DNA of 62,847 nt, filler included, from Stramenopiles sp. TOSAG23-2 (taxonomy: Eukaryota): assembly GCA_900128395.1 (NCBI GenBank). It is 2 parts of 2 records of this genome, joined end to end, with 100 filler letters (N's around TTAATTAATTAA, not from the genome) between each part and the next. Parts side by side here need not be neighbours in the genome. Positions count along the whole stretch, not along the records: positions 1 to 31,396 come from LT649371.1; 1 more part is not named here. The stretch is one strand, 5' to 3'. Below are positions 1 through 9,800 of the stretch, piece after piece (position 1 is the stretch's first letter; every line of letters starts with the position of its first letter). The translations under genes and the position numbers were made by a program. Under the pieces are notes generated by a model. That model saw nothing but the letters and a program-made list of their open reading frames with translations. It had not been told where the DNA came from and made no database searches.

Positions 1-159
1 TGAAGTATTTAGCATTAAATAGCACTATTAATATTTAGTTTTAAATGGAATTTTCCATGTCTGAATTTGTGCTCTCGCTAAAATATCTGCCCGCATGAGA
101 GGGTTAAAATGACTTCGTGTGAAAACTTTTCACTTTTTACTAAAAATCAAAAAAAAAAT

Positions 160-579
160 CTATTCCAGACTGGATCGTCTTCCACCTGTACCTGTACTAC
201 TTTGCAATTCATCAAAGGCAACACTTTCTGTACTAGTCTCAATAATCCCTATTAAACTTTTCTGTAGATCAAAATTGATGCTTTCCTCGGTCCCTTTCCC
301 CGAATCACTCATACTTAAATTCATTGCTATATTTGCGGCCTGTTCATTGAAATCACTCTGTTCTAAACTCATGGCCTGTATGCTTCCAGCTAATGTACCA
401 TCATTGGGTACTTTTAATGAGGAAGTCAATGAACTATCTACGTCCAAGCTAGTCATTAATGATCGATCTTGAAATTGGAAGCTGTTGGCTAATTCGCTAT
501 CATCAATCACTATACCATTTTCATCATCATCATCTTGTTCAAAAAATGATTCTATTTGCAAAAAAATTATCCAGATCAA
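160..579 (-). other. acidic Ser/Asp-rich ORF; possible gene fragment, last exon or pseudogene
   Basis: 139-codon ORF with protein-like composition but no ATG at the 5' end (TTG start) and no recognisable domain; a possible acceptor (ttttgcaaatag) lies near 552. Confidence 0.3.
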
Positions 580-1277
580 ATAACTTCTGGAGATCCAACA
601 TCAAAATCAAGTGTTATGTAATAAACAATGCATCGTTAGATATAATAATAATAATGATATAATATAATGTATAATATGTGATGTACGAGAAATATATAGT
701 CAACCCGTGTGTGTGTGTGTGTGTGTGTGCGTGTATGTATATTATTCTATATATGCATGCAACGTCTATCATTAATCTAGAAGGTACCTGCCTTTTGGCT
801 ACCACCACACATGTGGTAATAGGCCTGTGGTTATTATAAATGTAATAAGTACATACACATGTAAATATAAAATAGACTTCTTTTTTAAAATCGTTTAAAA
901 TTATAATATCTAAAGTGGCACTCTCGTCCTCTCTACCTCTCTATCTCCGTCTATAGATTAAGGTTTTTATATAATTAAGGGGAAAGAGTTAGTCGTCTGC
1001 GTCGTCAGACGACTCTTTCGAAAGCAGCTGGCGGAGTGAAAATGGCATCACAACTATACATGGGTGAATAAAAAATATAATACAGTTTGTATCCTGCAAA
1101 AGATATTGCAAAGCACACCCCAAATGTGTAATGTGTGGTCCATTTAGTTATACCATTTACCAGCTTAGAAAAATTATTTTAATAGACTATGTACTACCAC
1201 TGGTTGGTAGCTTAAAAGCTACGGATTCGTAGACGACTACGTGTTTTGGTCACACTAATATTATACTTCATACATAT

Positions 1278-2042
1278 TTAATGATGAAAATTAGACCAAC
1301 GATTTAATTGCCAATTGGCAACGATTAATGAACCTTTAAATAATGAAAGCCAATATTGATCGGATGATTCAATGCCAATCTTTTTATTGATCAAGTTATT
1401 GTTGACAGCTTCCTTTGCAATTGCATATCCAATGTCTTCATATGTACAAACTAGTCCTCGCCACATTTTATCATTTCGATCAATCCACATTTTAACATTA
1501 GTGTCATCTGATTGTTTGCCTGCATGCCACATAAAACCTGGAGCAAAAAACGTATAATCTAATCCTGATTCTTCTAATAACTCTAAATTTTGTTTATGCG
1601 CTTGTGAGAAATAATGATAAATTGGTACCATTCGTAAAAAAGTGCCTGGGTGTGTATCCATAACAAATTTTCCATTTGTACGTTTCATTGCTCCTGCACC
1701 ACCAACAATAATAACTTGTTTTACACCTGAATTTTTAGCAGCTTCAATGATATTTTTGGTACCACTAACTAAATCATTGACAAAATTTTTACTGGTTGGC
1801 GGCGGTGTTATAGTAGAGACAACAATGTCTATATCTTTACAAACTTTTTTACAATCATTTACATTAAAACAGTCACCAACAATCACGTCATTTACTAACT
1901 TACTGTTTTTTAATCTAGTTGCTTTTTTACGTATCAAGCAATTTATTTTTGGTACGTTCATTCCATGTAATTTTTTCAATACAATCTGGCCTAAATGTCC
2001 ATTGGCGCCAAACAGCGCTACTTTTGGCAATAGTTTCACCAT
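1278..2042 (-). CDS. NAD(P)-binding Rossmann-fold protein (atypical SDR / flavin reductase-like)
   Basis: N-terminal GxxGxxG (FGANGHLG), GD..N, VIIVGGAG, SGLDYTFFAP and YEDIG motifs typical of NAD(P)H-binding atypical SDRs. Confidence 0.85.
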   Translation of the reverse strand: MVKLLPKVALFGANGHLGQIVLKKLHGMNVPKINCLIRKKATRLKNSKLVNDVIVGDCFNVNDCKKVCKDIDIVVSTITPPPTSKNFVNDLVSGTKNIIEAAKNSGVKQVIIVGGAGAMKRTNGKFVMDTHPGTFLRMVPIYHYFSQAHKQNLELLEESGLDYTFFAPGFMWHAGKQSDDTNVKMWIDRNDKMWRGLVCTYEDIGYAIAKEAVNNNLINKKIGIESSDQYWLSLFKGSLIVANWQLNRWSNFHH

Positions 2043-2520
2043 CACTTCTTCTTTATTTGCAAATATAGTATACCCTTTTTATCAATATAATTTATACCAA
2101 TCATATGATCTATTTTATTTATTTTAGTATATAATTTTTACGTTTACTCAAAAAATAACTATTATATTATGATATATGATACATGTATACCAGGTATACT
2201 GGTATACCCATCATCCCATCATCATGAGTTGTTCATAACATAGTATATAATATATAGTTTCTACATACAGTATCTATTATTTTAGCAACCTACCTTAAAT
2301 AATTATTACATTAGAATTATTAATAATAAAATGATGGCCAAAAAAAAATTTTTTTTAAAAACCTTATTAGTATAAATAAGTACAAATAATAACCCACCAA
2401 TAATATAGATCAAAATAATAATTTAAATTGTTTATAAGAAAACAAATCATCAAAAAGGATATACTAGAACCAAAAGTAAATATATACATATATATATGTA
2501 TACTAGAAAAGACCATCATC

Positions 2521-3045
2521 ATGACGAAACATCAATGTCTCTTAAAAATAGCAGCAATATTTGCTACATTTGATGTCATTTTTAATTATGTACTTGGATC
2601 CATTTTTGTTATGAAATTTTTAGAGACAAGTGAACAAATATTAATTATAACAACTTCATTTATATTTTTATATTCGTTAATTTTTGGTTCATGCCTTTCT
2701 CTTATTCCAAGAAGAGAGTTACGAGGGAAGAATAGGCATGAAATGATGAAAACACAAGGAGGGCATACAGTTATGCTTGCATATTTTATAGGATTGTGTG
2801 TCGTTGCTGAAGTTGTGCGTCAAATGCGTGATAAAGGCGGTAGTATAGAAAAAATCAAAAAGGCGATTAATCTCCATATTTTTGGTGTTTCTCTTGTAAA
2901 ATTTGTTGCCTTTGGAAATGTTCTTTTGCAAAGTCGTATAACATCTCAATTTATATACATAAAACTTTGTCTTTTGTGGACTATATGTACGGTCATCAGC
3001 TTGTTATTAATTGTATGTTTATTACCGTCAAAAAAGAAAGTATAA
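2521..3045 (+). CDS. hypothetical multi-pass membrane protein
   Basis: ATG at 2521; about five hydrophobic segments; C-terminal KKKV resembles a di-lysine ER-retrieval signal. Confidence 0.6.
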   Translation: MTKHQCLLKIAAIFATFDVIFNYVLGSIFVMKFLETSEQILIITTSFIFLYSLIFGSCLSLIPRRELRGKNRHEMMKTQGGHTVMLAYFIGLCVVAEVVRQMRDKGGSIEKIKKAINLHIFGVSLVKFVAFGNVLLQSRITSQFIYIKLCLLWTICTVISLLLIVCLLPSKKKV

Positions 3046-3480
3046 TTTGTAAGAATTGACTGAGTGTGCGCTGGAGTGTGATGTGTAAATTATTATTATA
3101 TGACCCCGTTTATAATTTCAATAATATCTGAGCGAGATAGAGAGAGCTTTTCTTAGGCACTTAGAGAGTATTAATAGCAAAGCTGGAAAGCAAACCAGCA
3201 AACAAAGCGGCGAGGCACTCGACTACTTAGAGAGGATCCTCTCTAGCTTTTCTGGCCCTAAATCCTAAATTGGATAAATAACATAATATATACTATAGTA
3301 GGTAAATATTTATAGTATACAACTACTCCGTACTTAGACCAGAGATTTCAACCAATATTTGAGGGGAAAAAAACATAATTTTAAAAAATAAAAAAAAAAA
3401 ATAAGTGGTGAAAATGTCTGAAATTGTAACTTTTGTGTGCAGTGAAACTACACTACACACTTCGTATTATTTTTTTTTCT

Positions 3481-4788
3481 TTATAAACGAAGACATCTTA
3501 AATTATCTACAGCCCCATCTTGTTGTAGATGAAATCTTTTATAAACTCTTGGATATTTTAAAATTTTTTTCTGACTTTCCTCCGGTATTTCATGTTTACA
3601 AAGAGTCGTTGGAAACCATGAATCATATGCATAGCGAAATGATGAAATTGCAAATTCCCATTGCAATAATTGTCTATAACCCCTCTTTAATTTAGTCCCT
3701 GCATGAAATCCACGAGTATCTTCTATAAGAATAGTTCCAGCTTTTCCTTCCATAAATCTAGCTTTTCCAGGATAAAATTTTTCCACTAAAGTATTATCCA
3801 CGCGATTTGATACCTCATAATTAGCATCTTGTTGTAACACAGGGTTGATGTCTTTAAAACTACCTGGAAAATACCTATGAGCTCCATTGTCCCTTGTTAC
3901 ATCATTTAAATAAATGAACACTTTTGCAAACTTTATCCATGTAAAATCTTGATGCCATTCTTGTGTTTGTTCACTACCTCCGTTGTCTCCAGAAACACTC
4001 CACCATGTGTTTGTTTGTGTATTTACAGGAGCACATCCTAAATATTCTTGTAAAATATATAATAATGTGGGATCAACCATGAAATCTAATACTATAGGCA
4101 TTTTCTTCACGGCTTCGTTTATATCTTTAATAAAATTAACAGAGTTGTCCCTCAATGTTGGATCAAATTTTTCATGATTGCGATAATGTAATGTTTTTGT
4201 CTGCTCAACAATCTCTTTTAAATATTTTGCTGGTAAACGTTTTTTCATTATATAAAACCCTTGTTGCTTCATTTGCCTGGCACCTTCCTTACCTTCCTCA
4301 AGGTCAAATGCACCATAAATACCAGGTTCTGTATTATCAGTTATTGGAATTTTTGAATATACGTAACCTAAGACTTCTCCAATCACATCATTCAATCGCA
4401 TATTTGTCCACTTTAATGCTTGATAATATATTGCATCTCCTCCTCCATAATGACTACCTGCTACATGGACTACAGCTTCAAATAATGATTTCCAACAATT
4501 TGATATTTTTTTTTTTTCATCTTTTAATTTTTTTGAAACAAAAGGTTCCATTGCCCATGCCATCCGTTTGCGTACCGTATCAATTCTTCTTGGCGATACC
4601 CCTCGCTTTTTCAATGCACATTCACTTTGTTCTTGCCAATCAATGTCAGATTTTGATTTAGTCTTTTTACATAAATTCTCTTCGGAATTAACGAGTACAG
4701 GTGTTGTCAAACGAATAAAATTTCTTATTGAAAAACATCCAAGAATAAGAACAAAAACTATTACAACAGCCTTTGAACCACGCGCCAT
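3481..4788 (-). CDS. phytanoyl-CoA dioxygenase-like Fe(II)/2-oxoglutarate dioxygenase with N-terminal membrane anchor
   Basis: WHQD (HxD), VFIYLNDV..DNGA..Y.PGS, GKAGTILIEDTRGFHAG (distal His) and a following Arg; hydrophobic N-terminus; ATG at 4788. Confidence 0.85.
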   Translation of the reverse strand: MARGSKAVVIVFVLILGCFSIRNFIRLTTPVLVNSEENLCKKTKSKSDIDWQEQSECALKKRGVSPRRIDTVRKRMAWAMEPFVSKKLKDEKKKISNCWKSLFEAVVHVAGSHYGGGDAIYYQALKWTNMRLNDVIGEVLGYVYSKIPITDNTEPGIYGAFDLEEGKEGARQMKQQGFYIMKKRLPAKYLKEIVEQTKTLHYRNHEKFDPTLRDNSVNFIKDINEAVKKMPIVLDFMVDPTLLYILQEYLGCAPVNTQTNTWWSVSGDNGGSEQTQEWHQDFTWIKFAKVFIYLNDVTRDNGAHRYFPGSFKDINPVLQQDANYEVSNRVDNTLVEKFYPGKARFMEGKAGTILIEDTRGFHAGTKLKRGYRQLLQWEFAISSFRYAYDSWFPTTLCKHEIPEESQKKILKYPRVYKRFHLQQDGAVDNLRCLRL

Positions 4789-5351
4789 TATAATTATTGT
4801 AATACTGTCTCTCAATGTGTGTATGTATATATACGTTAGATTGTTGTTGTAGTTGTTGTTGACAAACTATATATATGTCGTGTATTGATGGAAAATAATA
4901 TATAATATAGTTGGATCTATATACCAGGTATATATACGTAGATTAATAAATAATATTATTTATTTTTGTTGTCTGGTTGTCGTCTTCTATCCTCGTATGG
5001 CACTACTCGTATGTGTAGCAATGATGTACATAATAATTTCAATAATGGAATAATCGTGAAACAATTCCTATGCTTTTTGCCTTGAAATCCCCTTAATAGT
5101 CCTATTACCTGCTTACTGATTACTGAAAAAAGTAAGCGATTTTTTTAAAAAAAAAGAATAATCGGGAAACAGTTTGTTTCTTCTCATATTTATGTACTTA
5201 GATATTTTTCTGTATCATACTAGCTCCTACTGAAGAAACACAAGTATTACATGCGACGTCTCTCACCCACCCACTCTATCTCCCTTTCTATAATTTCTCT
5301 CGCGTTATCAGAAACGTGTTATATAATAAAAACAATTATTTATACAGTAGC

Positions 5352-6212
5352 ATGCCATCGACAACAGTTACTGTCAGCCAAGAAGATGAGGAAGTTGCTG
5401 CTATTTTAGGTTATTTAGGAATGTTTCTAGCATTAATATTATTTTTAGTTCCAAGTGTAACTTTTAAAACGATTATAAAATCAAAGTCGACGTTAGAATT
5501 TGATGGCACGCCGTACCTTTTTGCAACTTTGAATTGTGGTTTGTGGGTCATATATGCACTACCATCTGTGACTCCTGATCGCATACAGCCGTTGATAATT
5601 AATTCTATTGGATTGGTATTAGAGTTTATGTATTGTGTTTTGTTTGCAATCTATTCACAAGGAACCAGTTTTAAAAATAACTTCGGTGGTAGCATATTGT
5701 TTTTGATTATTATTTTCATTGTTGTATTCGTACTTTTTGCAGATACTCATGATGCCAGTGCATACTTGGGTATACTTGCAAGTGCTTTAAATATTGCTAT
5801 GTATGGTTCGCCATTGTCAGTAATGAAAAGAGTATGGTATAGTCAAAGTGTTGAGTTCATGCCATTGCATTTATCTCTTGCTACATTTTTTTGTTCTTTC
5901 ATGTGGTTCCTGTATGGTGCATTTGTAATGGATTTTCCTATAATGTTTTGCAATGCATGTGGTGTGATTTTAGGAATCATGCAATTATGCTTGTATCATC
6001 GTGTATCACAATATCCAAATTTAAGTCTGATTGATTTCGACAAAATTGCAGAAAACAGAAAACATTTTAGCAATGTTGCAAGTGGTAAGGAATATTCAAA
6101 ATTACCAGGAATGGACGAAATTGATGAAGAGCAACCAGATTTCAATACTATTGGTGGTGGAACCAATCCATATGAATCAAATAATCCAATGGGTGAATTT
6201 GATGCAATTTAG
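5352..6212 (+). CDS. SWEET: SWEET (MtN3/saliva) sugar transporter
   Basis: Two MtN3 repeats: P..TF..IIK.KST..F...PY....LNC.LW..Y, and MYGSPL..M..V....SVEFMP..LS......W..YG..D..I..N..G. Confidence 0.92.
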   Translation: MPSTTVTVSQEDEEVAAILGYLGMFLALILFLVPSVTFKTIIKSKSTLEFDGTPYLFATLNCGLWVIYALPSVTPDRIQPLIINSIGLVLEFMYCVLFAIYSQGTSFKNNFGGSILFLIIIFIVVFVLFADTHDASAYLGILASALNIAMYGSPLSVMKRVWYSQSVEFMPLHLSLATFFCSFMWFLYGAFVMDFPIMFCNACGVILGIMQLCLYHRVSQYPNLSLIDFDKIAENRKHFSNVASGKEYSKLPGMDEIDEEQPDFNTIGGGTNPYESNNPMGEFDAI

Positions 6213-6578
6213 AACAATATATAGTAAATCGATGAACAAATTTTCTCTTCGTAATATATATTTCGATATATTATACGAGTATAAAATACCATCAAGTATG
6301 AATATTTGTATTTACCATGGGGTGTAAAAATTATTATAACTTTTAGATTTTAAACACATCAATAAAATATGGTCTCGAGCATATATGATTTACCGCACAT
6401 CTCATTATAATTTATTATTTTTATACAACGGTCGTATATATTATTTTAAAATATAATTTTTTACTCGATCAGTATATAATATATATATATATATAATATA
6501 AATATTTTATGGGAATATCAACACATTAGTGTGAGATAGATTATTTCAGAGTTATTTGTACGAAGTATTCTTTTGAAG

Positions 6579-6846
6579 AGAGTAGGAATTATCATGAGTA
6601 AATTAAAACAATAAATTATGCGTAAATTAAAATTATTAAATTAAAATATTTATATATATATATCATATATATTTATATTTATAATATTATAATATATGGG
6701 TGTAGATTTTTTAGAGTAGGAATTATCATGAGTAAATTAAAACAATAAATTATGCGTAAATTAAAATTATTAAATTAAAATATTTATATATATATATCAT
6801 ATATATTTATATTTATAATATTATAATATATGGGTGTAGATTTTTT
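6579..6846. repeat. perfect 134-bp tandem duplication
   Basis: 6579-6712 is repeated at 6713-6846 (agagtaggaattatc...gtgtagatttttt). Confidence 0.9.
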
Positions 6847-6862
6847 TTACCCAATGGTTTCA

Positions 6863-9800
6863 TCACGTGGATTTTTTGGTATTACTGTCATGGAGTAACC
6901 CGCGTAAAGCCTCTCTAGCTTTCGCAGATTTACGAGATAACTTTTGTCCAAGTGCTTGCATTTGCAATCCAAAATGAGCCTGTGCTGTTTCCTTTTCGTG
7001 TTTTATGCGTTGCAAATCTTCTTGCAGCGCTCTTGTTTTTAATTTTAATGTGAGTATAATTTTATTTGCATCCTCTAAATTATCAATGGTATCTTCATCC
7101 TTTAAATTTAAAATATCGAGTTCACTTTCATCACCATGCCCTGTTGCACGAGTTCGGCCTGCATTTTGTGCCATTTGTCTTTGTTTAGCACCAACGTTCT
7201 TCAATTGCTCTCCCATATCCCCTATCCATTTTAATGATGTTAACGGTACTTTGATACCCTCTTTGCTTATATCAAAATTTCCTCTATTAACAATATCTTC
7301 ACTTGAGTTTAATTTTATTGTATCGTCATCGCTACTGATATCATTGTTATCAGTTTTATCATCCATCATACTTGGAATAGGTTGTAAACCACAAACTCGG
7401 TTTGCCATTTGGTTTACATAATGCATTGGAAATGGATCTGGTGTTTCATATACTTTTACCTCAGCAAACGGTGTGGCAACGCGAATATTTATGTTTGTTT
7501 TTGGAGCTGGTGGAAATTTAAAGACTTGAATAAGATTACTTTGTTCAATATTGTTTCTTTTTAAGACATATGACATGGCCTGCTGAGCTTTTTCTGGCAT
7601 CGCGGCAACGATATTTTCACACTTCAACCAAACATGCATTAATACCGGTGAATATTCACGATCATATCCTGTTAACATATCATTAAATTGCATATTCACC
7701 GTTTGTGCCTCCAAAAGCATTATTGTTTTCTCTTCATATCCTTCATTGACAGCATTTGTAATTGTAGGTTCAAGGTATTTATCATTAGCTGAGTTGACAC
7801 CATCGCGCTCAAAATCATTAAACAAACGCTCATAACCATAATAATCCATTTCTACATCCTTACATGATATGTGAAAACGTTGATATGGATGCTCTTTATT
7901 TCCTCCAATACCATGTTCCATATGTTGATTTTTTACAACCACCTTGCCAACATATGCTAATAGTTGTTCCTCCGAATATGAGTCTACTGGTATACAAACT
8001 TTGATATTGCTTCCATTCACCGATAAATTATCAAAATGATAAACGTTTGGTGGTGGTGGTGGACCAAACAGAAAATCTTCATGTAACGGGTACTTCATGG
8101 CAGAATTTATCCACGGATTCAACGCTAAAGCTTCCTTCAAAAATCTACCTAGATTAACCAAGCAAATTTGATTTACCTCTACGCTTGTACTCATGGGATC
8201 GCCTTTGTGAAATGGCATGCTTATGTCTAATCTTAACATTGGTTGGTCGTCGTCTTCGTCATCAATTCTTTTAAGTATCTTTCGGTGTATCTTTCCTGCT
8301 TCGGTTTTATCTTCCAATGTCACATTTTGAATTGTAACATACACTTCTTGCGACACATTTTTTCTTGTTGCTATTTCAGGCTTAAGTATATCAACGCGTA
8401 CTTCTGTCTCCATCGCTGTGGCTTGAAATAGTTCTATATCCGGGAATAACAAAATCCCATCTCTTTGTTTCTCTTCAAAATCACTAGTATTAAATTTATT
8501 TGAGGGTACAAGCGCAAGAAAAACCGCTTTCTCTGATATATTTACATGGACTGATATTTGTTGAGAAATTCGTATAGGCTTAGCATTCCCATTCTTATCA
8601 TTGCCAAGAGAATCGCCATTTTCAATATGTGCATCATCATTCTGATCTTCCACAATGACGTCGAGTGCACCCTTCTTACTACCACTGTCATTGTTTGACT
8701 CAATCGTAGATGCTGATTTATCTATCATTTCTTTCGTTTTCACCGTTAAATGACCAATAATTCTTTCGATTTGACGTTGATATGCTGAAATTGCTGCCAC
8801 TGTCATCGGATCTATGTGTGCTTCCAATTCTGCAATTCGAGCTTCAATTTTTCTAAATAATTCCTGGTTTGCTTTTAATTGATATGTACGAGCATCAGAA
8901 TCAATTTCAAAATGTTTTGTTTCACTTTCAAGGGATACATATGTTCTGCTTATCATTAGCAGTTTTCTTATTACTTCATTCTTTTGACTTGCAATCTTTT
9001 TCCTCTTACTTTGGTATCGGTTTTGTCCATATTGTCCAGATCCATCCATTCCACTATCATTAAGTTTTTTATCCATTTCAACGCCAGACTTATTTTTCCG
9101 GGAAACAAAGGCTTCGAATTTGTCCCATTGTAGACTTGTAGTGTCTTCTAGTTTGGCTTTTCTCTCTTCCTTTTTATGTTTAAACTCCCTTCTACTTATA
9201 TCAACTTTCTTGATTACAGCAGAAGGATACACTAAAATTCCATATAAAGATCCATTATCATCAAATTTAGAAGAGCCTTTGACTAATATTTTTCCGATTT
9301 GAATAAAGTATTCATTAGATAAACCACGCAAAGAATCTTTGCGGTTCATATCTATATTTTGGAAATCACTTTGTGCAGAGTTCAAATTTGCTGGTTCAAT
9401 GCCATCATTAACTGATGATGCACCAGACGACTTATCAAGCAATTCAGATAAAGGTATCGTGTTTCCATGTTTTAATTGTGTAAAGTCAATACCGTTTATA
9501 CAAAACTCTACCAATGGATCTTCCATGTCATATTTGCATTCTAATAAAATAGTTTTAGACCTTACTCTAAGCTTCATAGCTATAGAATGTTTAATACCTC
9601 TCTTACTAGCAGGCAAAGTATGAACATCTTTCATCTCAAATTTGTTGTTTGAAATTTTCTCCTTTCCATTATTTGGCGGTGCCTCCGAAGCAGCTTTTGT
9701 ATCATCATCAAAACGACGTTTGGAAAAGGATTTTTTCAAATTATCGGTTGAATCTGTTCTTGACCGTCTCAAGGACTTAATTGAACGTAATGAAGTAACT

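Noticed and set aside
706-729. (GT)n here and (TA)n or (TAGA)n runs in many spacers
   Set aside because: Ordinary microsatellites; the ORFs that cross them are not credible genes.
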